Virus record (IMG/VR): IMGVR_UViG_3300009183_000050
Coordinates: 32,001 to 96,000 of that record
From: a virus
Direction: 5' to 3' (one strand)
Length of the DNA: 64,000 bases
Position 1 is the stretch's first letter. The number at the start of each line of letters is the position of its first letter. Both the position numbers and the translations under genes were made by a program. The notes under the pieces were generated by a model. That model ran no database searches. It was not told the DNA's origin and saw only the letters and a program-made list of their open reading frames with translations. Shown here in pieces: positions 20,197 through 30,435 of this stretch.

Positions 20197-23100
20197 ATGG
20201 CTTTTCCTTCCCCCGCGACAAACGGTCAAAGATATGATGACGGTAAATATATTTACCAATACAATTCTACGCTCAAAAGTTGGTCAAAAGTAACCGCTTC
20301 AAATCCTACACCTCTAGGAAACACAACAAACGTTGTCTTTGCGTCTACGAATGCTGTTTTTGCGGCAGCCAATACAACAGCTAACACTCTAAACACAACT
20401 TCTAATACTGTAAACTCAGTATATCGTACCGCTAACAATACGGCTAACACTCTCAATACAGCCTTCAATGCGGTCAATTCTTCTTTCAGTGCCGCCAACA
20501 GTGCGGCTAACACCGCTAACGCCGCCTACAATACAACAAATTCAGTATACACACTAGCAAATACGGTGAATGCGGCGGCTATCAATGCTTCTAGAACCGC
20601 AAACCTTTCTTATGGTGCGGCTAATGCCGCTACAACTCTAGCCACAAACGCTGCTAACGCCGCATCAGCCGCATATACCACATCAAACCTATCCTATGCA
20701 GCCGCCAATACAGCGGCTGCTCTAGGTCGTGATGCGGCCAATGTTGCGGCGGCAGCTTTTACCAGCACAAATCTTGCAATTTCATCCGCCAGTTCAGCCG
20801 GCAATACCGCGGTCTCAGCCTTTGCGGCAACCAATGCATCTTTTAGCACAGCGAATACCGCTAGTGCTACGGCCGCAGCCGCTTTTGGTGTTACAAACGC
20901 ATCATACACAGCAGCCAATACAGCGGCCGCTGTTGGTCGTGATGCGGCTAATGTGGCCTCAGCGGCATATACTACAACAAATCTATCATATGCGGCCGCC
21001 AATACAGCGGCAGCCGTTGGTCGTGATGCCGCAAATACGGCTGGTCTAGCCTATGGTGGTGCTAACTCTGCTTATAGTGCCGCCAATACATCTGCAAACA
21101 TAGCCGTTGCATCATATAATACTTCAAACTTAGCATTCAATAAAGCTAATGCGGCTAATGTTCTAGCTAATGCTGCATATGCGGCCGCTAATACTAAACT
21201 ATCACTGACAGGCGGCACGGTTACAGGTGATGTTAATATCATCGGCAGTTTATTTCTTTATGGCAATACATTTGTGGCCGATGTTACAACACTTCGTGTC
21301 GATGATCCTCTCATCTATCTTGCAGGTAATAATTACTCAGCCGATATTGTTGATATCGGTTTTATCGCAAACTATGTCAATGCGAATAGCGTAAACGTCC
21401 ATACAGGTCTTGTCAGATATCATACCAACAAAGAATATTATCTATTTCAAGAATATCCTACTGAACCATTAAACAATCAGGTTGATGTTACAGCCAACGG
21501 CTTTACACTAGCCGTTCTTAATGCTGATATTATCACTAGCAACTTGACACTTGCGGGGTATAACGCCGCCGCAAAGATTGCATCTATTGAGCAATCAGCA
21601 GGTTCGGGTACCGCCTCTATCATCTTTAGCAATATTACACCTAGCGTACCTGATTCTCAGCAGCCTTGGTTCAATCCGGTAGCGAATGTATTATACGTTT
21701 ACAATAGTTCTAATAACATAAACACATATGTTGCTGTCTCTGGTGCTACAGGTGCCACAGGACCTGGAGGTGGTGCAACTGGCGCCACTGGTATCGCAGG
21801 ACCTTCTGGTGCTACTGGACCTGACGGTAAAGGTGGTGTTCCATCATATAGACAAGTTTTCACTGGTGCAGGTACCGATACATATGGTCCTTTGATCAGA
21901 ACTGCCAACTCACCTAATAATATCATCGTATCGGTTAGTGGTTCTGTAAAATTACCATTTAATGATTATAACTTAGCGACTGTAGCAAATAATCAATACA
22001 TTCTCTTCAGCGGTCCTGTAGCAAGTGGCCAGATTCAGGTTATGTATTTTGATGGTGCCGCAGCCGGTCCTGCAGGTTCAACTGGGCCAATCGGTCCAAC
22101 AGGGCTAAGAGGCCTGCAAGGCATACAAGGTATTACAGGATCTCAAGGTCCTTCTGGGCCATCTGGTGCAACTGGTCCCGCAGGCGGCCCATCAGGAGCA
22201 ACTGGTTCTACAGGACCAGCAGGAACTCCGGGTGCAACCGGTCCTGCTGGCGGACCTACTGGTTCTACAGGCGCAACAGGCTTACTTGGCTCTACTGGTT
22301 CAACAGGACCTCAAGGCACAACAGGCATCATGGGTGCAACCGGTCCCGCAGGCGGACCAACAGGAGCAACCGGCGTAACAGGACCAGCAGGTCCATCAGG
22401 AGCAACTGGTCCCGCTGGTGGTCCCACTGGTGCAACAGGAGCATCCGGTGCTACGGGTTCTCTCGGTCCATCTGGACCGCTAGGTCTTAGCGGCGGAACA
22501 GGACCTCAAGGTCCTTCTGGACCTACCGGTGCCACTGGTGCGACCGGAATACAAGGCACAACAGGTGCTACTGGCGCCACAGGTGCTAACGGCGCCACAG
22601 GTGCTACCGGTGCAACCGGTGCAACTGGTCTACAAGGTACCACCGGTGCAACTGGTGCCAATTCTATAGTTCCAGGTCCTACTGGTGCAACAGGCATTCA
22701 AGGCACAACAGGACCGCAAGGTGTAATAGGTGCCAGTGGTGCAACTGGCCCCGCTGGCGGTCCTACTGGCGCAACAGGTATAACTGGTTCTACAGGTATT
22801 CAAGGTGCGACCGGCGCAACCGGTCTACAAGGAACAACAGGTGCTACTGGTGCAGCCTCAACGATTGCTGGTCCAACAGGTATAACAGGGCCCACAGGTA
22901 TAACCGGCTTAACAGGCCCAACAGGCCCAACTGGCGCAACAGGTGCTGCCGGTCAATCGATTCAAATTACAGGTGTTGTTGCTAATCAGGCCTCGCTTCC
23001 ATCAGCCGCTGGTGTTCCTAACTTTGCTGGTTATCTAACGGCAGATACAGGCAATCTATATGTTTCAAATGGTACAACATCAGGCGGTAGTGTTGGTAAT

Positions 23101-24066
23101 GGCTGGACTAATCTTGGTGTAGTTCGTGGTCCAACTGGACCAACAGGTATTCAAGGTACAACGGGCCCTCAGGGAACAACAGGTGCTACAGGTGCCGGCG
23201 GTGTTCCAATCGGTAGAAACTCATGGGGCTATCCAGACGTTGATGGTACGGTGAATCAGTTCATATTGACACCACCAGCAGGCATTGTAAGCCCAACTGA
23301 TGTTTCAGTTATTGTATATGTAAACGGTCTAGTTATACCTCCAACAGGCATCTTGGTCGATTCAGTAAACTATAGCAACTCATACTCAATTATTGCCGGA
23401 TATCTTGTATTCACATATCCACCTTCAGCAGGTTCATATGTTGAACTTGTCTGGTTCAGTGGAGGTCCTGCTGGTGCGACTGGTGCTGTAGGACCAACAG
23501 GCATACAAGGAACAACTGGACCTCAAGGTGTCCAAGGTGCTACAGGTTCTCTTGGTGCATCTGGTGCAACAGGACCACAAGGAACAACTGGACCTCAAGG
23601 TTCTACAGGACCTCAAGGTGCAACTGGTATAGGCGCAACTGGCGCAACCGGTCCTCTAGGTCCTACAGGTGCTACAGGACCTCTTGCTTGGTCATACGCA
23701 TATGTCACATTCAGACAAACAGGTACAATTACTACAACTCCAATTCCTGCGGTAGTAAGATGGTATCCTATTCAAAATGTATGGATCGATATGGTCGACG
23801 CCTATTCATCAACACCAGCCGGCGGCAATACAGGTCTCTCATTTAAGCTATATAAATATACAGCATCAAGTAATGCATATGCAGATTTACCAACAGGCAC
23901 AGGTAGTAATTTGATCACCATTTCAACTGGTTCGAACAGATCAACGCCAATTACTCTTAGCGGTAATGGAATCTATACAACAGCTAACGACTACTTACAG
24001 TTCTCGATTGAATCTGGTACAGGATCAGATGTTGGGCTAAGAGTCAGATATCATATAACAGGATAA
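20197..24066 (+). CDS. Collagen-like fibre protein (coiled-coil ANT repeats plus Gly-X-Thr collagen segments)
   Basis: N-terminal AANTA repeats; long (GAT/GPT/GST/GTT)n tracts from about 21742 to 23683, interrupted by small globular domains. Confidence 0.85.
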   Translation: MAFPSPATNGQRYDDGKYIYQYNSTLKSWSKVTASNPTPLGNTTNVVFASTNAVFAAANTTANTLNTTSNTVNSVYRTANNTANTLNTAFNAVNSSFSAANSAANTANAAYNTTNSVYTLANTVNAAAINASRTANLSYGAANAATTLATNAANAASAAYTTSNLSYAAANTAAALGRDAANVAAAAFTSTNLAISSASSAGNTAVSAFAATNASFSTANTASATAAAAFGVTNASYTAANTAAAVGRDAANVASAAYTTTNLSYAAANTAAAVGRDAANTAGLAYGGANSAYSAANTSANIAVASYNTSNLAFNKANAANVLANAAYAAANTKLSLTGGTVTGDVNIIGSLFLYGNTFVADVTTLRVDDPLIYLAGNNYSADIVDIGFIANYVNANSVNVHTGLVRYHTNKEYYLFQEYPTEPLNNQVDVTANGFTLAVLNADIITSNLTLAGYNAAAKIASIEQSAGSGTASIIFSNITPSVPDSQQPWFNPVANVLYVYNSSNNINTYVAVSGATGATGPGGGATGATGIAGPSGATGPDGKGGVPSYRQVFTGAGTDTYGPLIRTANSPNNIIVSVSGSVKLPFNDYNLATVANNQYILFSGPVASGQIQVMYFDGAAAGPAGSTGPIGPTGLRGLQGIQGITGSQGPSGPSGATGPAGGPSGATGSTGPAGTPGATGPAGGPTGSTGATGLLGSTGSTGPQGTTGIMGATGPAGGPTGATGVTGPAGPSGATGPAGGPTGATGASGATGSLGPSGPLGLSGGTGPQGPSGPTGATGATGIQGTTGATGATGANGATGATGATGATGLQGTTGATGANSIVPGPTGATGIQGTTGPQGVIGASGATGPAGGPTGATGITGSTGIQGATGATGLQGTTGATGAASTIAGPTGITGPTGITGLTGPTGPTGATGAAGQSIQITGVVANQASLPSAAGVPNFAGYLTADTGNLYVSNGTTSGGSVGNGWTNLGVVRGPTGPTGIQGTTGPQGTTGATGAGGVPIGRNSWGYPDVDGTVNQFILTPPAGIVSPTDVSVIVYVNGLVIPPTGILVDSVNYSNSYSIIAGYLVFTYPPSAGSYVELVWFSGGPAGATGAVGPTGIQGTTGPQGVQGATGSLGASGATGPQGTTGPQGSTGPQGATGIGATGATGPLGPTGATGPLAWSYAYVTFRQTGTITTTPIPAVVRWYPIQNVWIDMVDAYSSTPAGGNTGLSFKLYKYTASSNAYADLPTGTGSNLITISTGSNRSTPITLSGNGIYTTANDYLQFSIESGTGSDVGLRVRYHITG

Positions 24067-24081
24067 TCGGAGTTAATTTAA

Positions 24082-25566
24082 ATGGCTAGTAGAACGAATG
24101 TAAGCACAAATCTAGATTATGTATCATGGAGCGCCGGCGATAGTGGTATTGCCATTTTTGCTCAGGTTCATGCATCATTGCTCGCCCATGGTTGGACACA
24201 ATCTTCATCAACTAACGGCACTGCCGGAAATACTTTTGATCCAACATATGCATCACCAAGCGCAATCGACTATAGACGAGTGTATCAGGCAGCATTGACT
24301 ACTACAAATGCTACCACTAATCCAGCAGGTCCTTTCTACGGATCTGGTCTTACAACTAAGTATGTTATGGTCAGAATATTCAAAACTACTCCTGATGCTA
24401 CCGCAGTTTATGCATGGCAGTCACAGACCAATGTGTGGTATATTCAAATAATCCCATTCATCTCTTGGAATAGTGGAACAGATGTTGGCACCACTCAGAC
24501 TGGTGCAATTCTTACTTCTACAAATGGTTTGAATGGTATTTATGATCAATCTAATCCTAATAATGTTAATGGCCCAAGCGGCGGCGGTGGAATATTTGCA
24601 CAATATCCAAACACTTGGATCAGCACTACCGTTAGTGGTTTCTTGTACATAGCAGTTTCTGCTAAGTGGATTTGCATGTGGCCCTACTTTTTGAATAGCA
24701 CAGTATTCAATGGACCAAGAAATGGTGTTCTTTTGTATGGTGAAATTGCAGAAGATTTTGCTTCTTACACAGGTGTAGCTCCGGTATTTGTAACCACTAT
24801 GCAAAGATTGGCTTCATGTTGTGGTGGCCCTAATGACCCAACATCATATGTGAATGGTAGCCAAAGTTATGCAGCTATGCCAATGGGCCCTCAGTTTTTG
24901 ATGCCAGCTACTCCAGCCTCTACAACCGGATATACCGGAATATCTAATACTATCAGAAGTGGTTATCAGGCCATGGGGACCACAAAGGTTATGCTAGGGC
25001 ATTATGGATGGTATGGATGGGAAGGTGCAAACTGGAATCTTGACGCCAGTGGTAGCTATATCTATCAATCTTATTATAATAGTCCGCAATATTTTGGTGC
25101 ATGCCCAGTACCTATGATTACTGCTATCTATAATAATTCATATGGTTCAGGTAAGCACGGAATATCACAACAAAATGATCCTGTAGCCGGTGTATACAAC
25201 CGACAAACTTATCGTCCTTCTAGAGCAGAAGCTCTAGGGCAAAAAGCACTAAACACTACCAACCTTAAAGGTATCGAATTGATATTTGGTGGAGGTGGTT
25301 TTGGTAGTAACTACACAGGTTATGCAGCTAACCCGTATCCTATGTATTGGGTACTTGGTAGAGCATTTGGTCTTAAATGGGTTGGTCAAGTAACAGGAGC
25401 TACAACCCTTGACACCGTTTCAATGACAGTTGATGCTAATGGTTTCTATGTTAGAACTGGAGGAACTGCTACGGATCATATTCTTATAGGATTTGCACCA
25501 ATTGGTGGTCTTGTATGTGAAGCTCCGGCCACTTCTGCTGATCTATTCTTTGCGCTTCCTAAGTAA
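24082..25566 (+). CDS. Hypothetical virion protein (G/Y/T/S-rich)
   Basis: 494-aa ORF directly after the collagen fibre; TATAAATA at 23851-23858 upstream. Confidence 0.55.
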   Translation: MASRTNVSTNLDYVSWSAGDSGIAIFAQVHASLLAHGWTQSSSTNGTAGNTFDPTYASPSAIDYRRVYQAALTTTNATTNPAGPFYGSGLTTKYVMVRIFKTTPDATAVYAWQSQTNVWYIQIIPFISWNSGTDVGTTQTGAILTSTNGLNGIYDQSNPNNVNGPSGGGGIFAQYPNTWISTTVSGFLYIAVSAKWICMWPYFLNSTVFNGPRNGVLLYGEIAEDFASYTGVAPVFVTTMQRLASCCGGPNDPTSYVNGSQSYAAMPMGPQFLMPATPASTTGYTGISNTIRSGYQAMGTTKVMLGHYGWYGWEGANWNLDASGSYIYQSYYNSPQYFGACPVPMITAIYNNSYGSGKHGISQQNDPVAGVYNRQTYRPSRAEALGQKALNTTNLKGIELIFGGGGFGSNYTGYAANPYPMYWVLGRAFGLKWVGQVTGATTLDTVSMTVDANGFYVRTGGTATDHILIGFAPIGGLVCEAPATSADLFFALPK

Positions 25567-25584
25567 TAGAAAAGAAAAACTCAT

Positions 25585-25947
25585 ATGGCTGAGGCGAATA
25601 ATACAATAGGTTCTGGTCGAGGAGATAGTGAATCTGGATTTACTATTTCTTCCACCAACTTCTCTTCTTCATTAGGAGCGAGTAGCACGGCTGTCGCCAA
25701 TAATGAATTTATCGTTCTGGTACTAACTACTCCTCCATCTACTAGAGGAGATAGTGAATCTGGATTTATTATCTCCAATACCAACTTCTCATCTTCATTT
25801 GGTGCAAGTAGCACGGCTGTCACCAATAATGAATTTGTTATTTTCTTTTCAGGAAATGCTCCTATCGCTCGTGGTGATATAGTCGCAGTTGACTACGGCG
25901 GTCTTAAAGCAACTCAAACAACATCTTACCAATTAGTTGAAGGATAA
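25585..25947 (+). CDS. Hypothetical protein with internal duplication
   Basis: Two copies of 'RGDSESGF.IS.TNFSSS.GASSTAV.NNEF'. Confidence 0.55.
   Translation: MAEANNTIGSGRGDSESGFTISSTNFSSSLGASSTAVANNEFIVLVLTTPPSTRGDSESGFIISNTNFSSSFGASSTAVTNNEFVIFFSGNAPIARGDIVAVDYGGLKATQTTSYQLVEG
25618..25836 (+). repeat. Imperfect direct repeat, 126-bp period
   Basis: gaggagatagtgaatctggattta...agtagcacggctgtc.ccaataatgaattt at about 25619 and 25745. Confidence 0.85.
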
Positions 25948-25950
25948 ACA

Positions 25951-26310
25951 ATGTCTACAAATTATGATGATCTAGCTCTGTTTCACGATCCACTTGATAT
26001 GTGGTATTTTACTGGTGTGACCAATATGGAAGCCGCATTACAATACATGTATTCCCATGCACAGGGAAGCTTTACTCATTCTGCTATCTTTACGCCTAAT
26101 GAAGATGGTGTAGGAGCAAGAGCGGATGAACAAACTGTATGGTTTATGTTTGTTGATCACGATCTTCCTACTGAATACTTCACAAAATATGAATTGACAG
26201 CGGATGGTCTGGCCACAAGAGATGCGATGAGAGCCGAAAAAGCAGCCGCTATTCAAGCTTCGATTGATGCGTTGCAGAACTTGCCGCCGATTGCAAATAC
26301 TAGTAACTGA
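25951..26310 (+). CDS. Hypothetical protein
   Basis: 119-aa ORF tightly packed between its neighbours. Confidence 0.55.
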   Translation: MSTNYDDLALFHDPLDMWYFTGVTNMEAALQYMYSHAQGSFTHSAIFTPNEDGVGARADEQTVWFMFVDHDLPTEYFTKYELTADGLATRDAMRAEKAAAIQASIDALQNLPPIANTSN

Positions 26311-26337
26311 CATTCTGCTAACTGAAAGAATTATATT

Positions 26338-28014
26338 ATGAGATTTCATGTCTTGGGGTTACCTCACACGGTAACAAATAAAGAATATTCTGCATGTGCC
26401 TATACTCAGAAGATTGTCAAGTTTGGTAAGATGATGAAAGCCCGTGGGCATACAATCATCCACTACGGTCATGAAGATAGTGTGTTAGATTGTGATGAGC
26501 ATGTTACAGTTCTTACGAACAATGACCTAGAAATCTCATATGGTAATCATGATTGGAGAAAGAACTTCTTCAAGTTTGCCATGGAAGATCATGCGTATCA
26601 GACGTTCTTTAAGAATGCAATCGTAGAAGTTGGCACCAGAAAACAACCAAATGATTTTATCTTGCCATTCTGGGGTCAAGGTGTAAGACCTGTTACTGAT
26701 GCTCATCTCGATCTTATCTGTGTAGAACCTGGAATTGGTTATGCAGATGGTCATTGGGCAAGATTTAGAATCTATGAGTCATATACCATGCACGCCGCTG
26801 TTAACGGTCTTGACAAAGTTAGATCATGCACACAAGACTGGTATCACTCAGTAATACCGAACTACTTTGATCTAGATGACTTCGAGTATAGCGAACAGAA
26901 GGATGATTACTTCCTGTATCTTGGCCGAGTCTATGAAGGCAAGGGTGTTCATGTCGCAGTCGAGATGACCAAGAAACTAGGCAAAAAATTGATCATTGCA
27001 GGTCAAGGTAGTCTTGCTGATATGGGTTATACAGAACCACCTGAGCATGTAACTGAAGTTGGTTATGCAGATTTTGAACTTCGCAAGAAGCTAATGTCAA
27101 GAGCGCAAGCACTGTTTATCGGTAGCACATATGGCGAACCATTTGGTGGTGTTCAGATCGAAGCAATGCTCTCTGGAACACCTGTCATTTCTACTGATTG
27201 GGGTGCATTCTCTGAGTTCAATGTCAACGGTTATACAGGCTATCGTTGCAGAACATTTGATGATTTCTTAGAGGCTGGTCGTAACATTCACCTGATCTCA
27301 CCTAAGAATTGTAGAACATGGGGTGAAAACTTTTCACTTGAAAAAGTTGGTTCTATGTATGAGAAATACTTTCAAGATGTTCTGAATGTCTATACAGGTA
27401 ATGGTTGGTATGAAGAAGGTAACGGCAATATAGATTGGCTGACCAAGAAGTTGCCAAACCATGAAGTTACCGATAAGTTTGATTATGAACTTATTGAACG
27501 AGAAGAGAAACCTTTCTTCAATAGACTAGCTTCTTGGGTAGCCGGAGAAATCAGACCTACTCAGGCGATAGATTTAGGTTGTGGACCTGGAATGTTTGTT
27601 CACTCTCTTAGAGATAATGATATCAGCGCATATGGTATTGATACAGATAATATTGTTTCAGGTAGATTGCACTTACAGCAAAAAAGTTTGTTTGAGAGAA
27701 ACCTTGGTCGATATGATCTCGTCTCATGTATCGAGGTTGCTGAACATATTGAAACTGATATGAATAATCAGATAGTAGATGCGGTCTATGACTATATCGA
27801 AAACCAAGGTAAACTGATTTGGTCGGCTGCAAGACCAGGTCAAGGCGGTGTCAATCATATCAACTGCCAGACAAAAGAATATTGGTCTGACAAGTTTATC
27901 GAGCGTGGCCTAACCAGAAACTATGAACTTGAGCAAGAACTAGAAAGTTACCTTAAAGAAGGTGTCTATATGGGATGGTTCATGAACAACTTTATGATTT
28001 TTGATAGGCAATAA
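26338..28014 (+). CDS. GT4-family (GT-B) glycosyltransferase fused to class I SAM methyltransferase
   Basis: 'FLYLGRVYEGKGVH', 'EPFGGVQIEAMLSGTPVISTDWGAFSE' (GT4 EX7E); C-terminal 'IDLGCGPG', 'CIEVAEHI', 'GGVNHINCQ'. Confidence 0.9.
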   Translation: MRFHVLGLPHTVTNKEYSACAYTQKIVKFGKMMKARGHTIIHYGHEDSVLDCDEHVTVLTNNDLEISYGNHDWRKNFFKFAMEDHAYQTFFKNAIVEVGTRKQPNDFILPFWGQGVRPVTDAHLDLICVEPGIGYADGHWARFRIYESYTMHAAVNGLDKVRSCTQDWYHSVIPNYFDLDDFEYSEQKDDYFLYLGRVYEGKGVHVAVEMTKKLGKKLIIAGQGSLADMGYTEPPEHVTEVGYADFELRKKLMSRAQALFIGSTYGEPFGGVQIEAMLSGTPVISTDWGAFSEFNVNGYTGYRCRTFDDFLEAGRNIHLISPKNCRTWGENFSLEKVGSMYEKYFQDVLNVYTGNGWYEEGNGNIDWLTKKLPNHEVTDKFDYELIEREEKPFFNRLASWVAGEIRPTQAIDLGCGPGMFVHSLRDNDISAYGIDTDNIVSGRLHLQQKSLFERNLGRYDLVSCIEVAEHIETDMNNQIVDAVYDYIENQGKLIWSAARPGQGGVNHINCQTKEYWSDKFIERGLTRNYELEQELESYLKEGVYMGWFMNNFMIFDRQ

Positions 28015-28018
28015 GTTG

Positions 28019-28026
28019 TATAAATA
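28019..28026 (+). promoter_or_regulatory. T4-type late promoter
   Basis: TATAAATA upstream of the ORF at 28058. Confidence 0.75.
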
Positions 28027-28057
28027 TGAAAAGAAGAGTTTTAAGGATTTGTAACAA

Positions 28058-28459
28058 ATGTCAATTCTACAAGTAGCAAACGTTCATTTCGAATCAACTG
28101 GCTCAAACAGGATCGATTATGTTGCGGGCAATAGTCTGCTTCGAATCGTTGCTACTGGCGGTGTTTCTATTCCTGCTGGTACCACAGCGCAGAGACCTAC
28201 AGCTAATGTCACCGGTACATTTCGCTATAACACAGATATTGCAGACTTCGAAATCTATACTGATACTGTGACAGACTGGAAGAAAATCTCAGGTGCTCGT
28301 GGTGGTTCAACCGATAAAATCTTCTGGGAAAACGGAACCAATGTGACTGCTAACTATGCTATTTCAACTGGTTATAATGCTGGTACATTCGGTCCTATCA
28401 CAATCAACAACAATGTCGCAGTAACGATTCCAGATGGTTCGTCATGGACAGTAGCATAA
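28058..28459 (+). CDS. Fibre adaptor module protein
   Basis: 'MSILQVANV', 'IPAGTTAQRP..GTFRYNTD..FEIY' and C-terminal 'GGSTDKIFWEN...GPITINNNVAVTIPDGSSWTV'. Confidence 0.65.
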   Translation: MSILQVANVHFESTGSNRIDYVAGNSLLRIVATGGVSIPAGTTAQRPTANVTGTFRYNTDIADFEIYTDTVTDWKKISGARGGSTDKIFWENGTNVTANYAISTGYNAGTFGPITINNNVAVTIPDGSSWTVA

Positions 28460-28487
28460 ATAATTTTAAGAATAGAGAGAGAAATTA

Positions 28488-29606
28488 ATGGCTGCTTCAA
28501 TCAAACTCATTTCACCTGCTGGAGGTTCGGTCACTCTCTCTGTGCCTATGACCGTAGATAACATATCATATGATATTGGCGGTGGTGTTTCTGCTAATGG
28601 AATGAATATCACTGGCAGTGCAAGCATCACTGGTAGTGCAAACATCTCAGGTAATTTGAATGTCAGCAGTAATCTTGTTGTTATAGGATCAGCTAATGTT
28701 GCCAATCTATCAGTAATAGGTACCTCTAATGTTGGTAATCTTGTTGTTAGAAGCACCGCCAACATCACAACTGCTAATATTGTTACAGCTAATATTACAG
28801 CCGCAACTATTACGGTAGCCAATGTTACTGCCGCAACTATTACTATGGCCAATGTTACTGCGGCTAGTATAGCCAACGTAAGTATTCCTAATGGTGGTTT
28901 AACTGTCGGCGGTACAAACATTACCGGTTCTGCTGGTAGCGGTTTTACTAATATGGCGGTCGCAACAACCACTGCGGCTTCAAACTCCACAGGCAGTTCG
29001 CTCGTTTGGAACAGCACAGGCTCACTGACATGGACTGTGCCAACTGGTATTACTACAGCTAAAGTCACTGTTATCGGCGGTGGCGGTGGTGGCGGTGGTT
29101 CTGGTGGTGTCGCAGGAGGCGGCGGTGGGTCCGGCGGGTCCTCTATTAGAGTTATTACGGGTCTTACCCCCGGTGGAACTGTCGCTGTAACTGTAGGTGC
29201 CGGCGGAACCGGCGGCGCGGCCGCCAGTGGGACGGGAGGAACTGGCGGTTCTTCTTCCTTCGGTGCTTATGCTACCGCAACAGGTGGCGCCGGTGGCGTG
29301 TATGCTGCCGCCGGCGGTGCTGGAGGAACTGGGGCCAGTGGAAATTTAAATGTTTCTGGTGGACCTGGAGGCCCTATTGTATATCTTGGTACCGCACCTG
29401 CGGTTTATATTGGTGGTTCCGGCGGGAATACAATTCTTGGCGGCGGGGGTAGAGGCGGCGCCGCGTCTGACGCAACCTATCAGGTCGGCTTGGTGGGCGC
29501 ATCAAACACCGGTGGAGGTGGAGGTGGAGCAGGATTTAATACTACTTTATCCGGAACTGTCGTTGGTTATGCCGGCGGAACGGGCGTTGTAATTATTGAA
29601 TGGTAA
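28488..29606 (+). CDS. Glycine-rich-domain fibre protein
   Basis: 'TWTVPTGITTAKVTVIGGGGGGG...GGTGVVIIEW' preceded by ANIT/ANVT repeats. Confidence 0.7.
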   Translation: MAASIKLISPAGGSVTLSVPMTVDNISYDIGGGVSANGMNITGSASITGSANISGNLNVSSNLVVIGSANVANLSVIGTSNVGNLVVRSTANITTANIVTANITAATITVANVTAATITMANVTAASIANVSIPNGGLTVGGTNITGSAGSGFTNMAVATTTAASNSTGSSLVWNSTGSLTWTVPTGITTAKVTVIGGGGGGGGSGGVAGGGGGSGGSSIRVITGLTPGGTVAVTVGAGGTGGAAASGTGGTGGSSSFGAYATATGGAGGVYAAAGGAGGTGASGNLNVSGGPGGPIVYLGTAPAVYIGGSGGNTILGGGGRGGAASDATYQVGLVGASNTGGGGGGAGFNTTLSGTVVGYAGGTGVVIIEW

Positions 29607-29612
29607 AGTAAA

Positions 29613-29834
29613 ATGAAAAAAGCATTAATTTCTCCAAATGAACAAGTCTATTCTTATGATAATACGTTGCTCGGCGAGCGTGTTGCAGAAGTAAGAGATA
29701 CATCTTTTGAAGTTGCAGGTCCATTGTTCTGGGTCGATTGCACTGATGATGTATTAGCAGATCAATACTATTGGTCGGGTTCAGAATGTATATCGATTCC
29801 TGTACCACCATCAGCTAACACAGCCAATGTTTGA
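29613..29834 (+). CDS. Small partner protein of the glycine-rich fibre
   Basis: 'MKKALISPNE...RVAEV..FEVAGPLFWVDC.DD'. Confidence 0.6.
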   Translation: MKKALISPNEQVYSYDNTLLGERVAEVRDTSFEVAGPLFWVDCTDDVLADQYYWSGSECISIPVPPSANTANV

Positions 29835-29865
29835 TAACTCAGTAAATATCGTAAAAGGATAAGAG

Positions 29866-30432
29866 ATGACTGGTACGTTAAAGACCGCATATATTCAAAA
29901 CCCATCCGCGTCTGATAGAAACATCAGTCTCTTTGCGAATAACAACGCATCCTTTGCGAACAATATCACTGTGGCTAATAACGTAACAGTCAGCGGCAAT
30001 ATCACTGTCAGTAACATCTCTTTTACAGGCACAATCACAGGTAACATCACCGGTGCATTATCTAACGCACTATCAGGAACAACTACTGCAAATAACTTGG
30101 TTGTTTCTGGCGCCGCATATCAGGCGATTGACAGTCTCACAGACAACACCACAATTCAGATTGATATGAGTCTAGGTAACAACTTCAACGTTACACTAGG
30201 TGGTAACCGCACACTAGGTACTCCAACAAATCTAAATCCAGGTCAGTCTGGTATTATCTACGTCTCACAAGATGCTACAGGTTCTAGAACCCTAGCCTAT
30301 GCATCATGCTGGAGATTCCCATTAGCCACCGCACCAACGCTTTCAACTACCGCCAATACAGTCGATGCTCTAGCATACTCAGTCAGAACAACATCCAATA
30401 TTACGGTTCAATTCATTCAGAATATAGGTTGA
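29866..30432 (+). CDS. Fibre module protein
   Basis: 'GNNFNVTLGGNRTLGTPTNLNPGQSGIIYVSQDATGSRTL...APTLSTTANTVD'. Confidence 0.65.
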   Translation: MTGTLKTAYIQNPSASDRNISLFANNNASFANNITVANNVTVSGNITVSNISFTGTITGNITGALSNALSGTTTANNLVVSGAAYQAIDSLTDNTTIQIDMSLGNNFNVTLGGNRTLGTPTNLNPGQSGIIYVSQDATGSRTLAYASCWRFPLATAPTLSTTANTVDALAYSVRTTSNITVQFIQNIG

Positions 30433-30435
30433 TTT

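Noticed and set aside
20320-23683. Extensive DNA repeats in the collagen gene as a mobile or non-coding element
   Set aside because: They are fully explained by coiled-coil ANT and Gly-X-Y coding repeats.
25618-25836. 126-bp repeat pair as a DGR template/variable repeat
   Set aside because: Mismatches are not confined to adenines, both copies are in one ORF, and no reverse transcriptase is present in the window.
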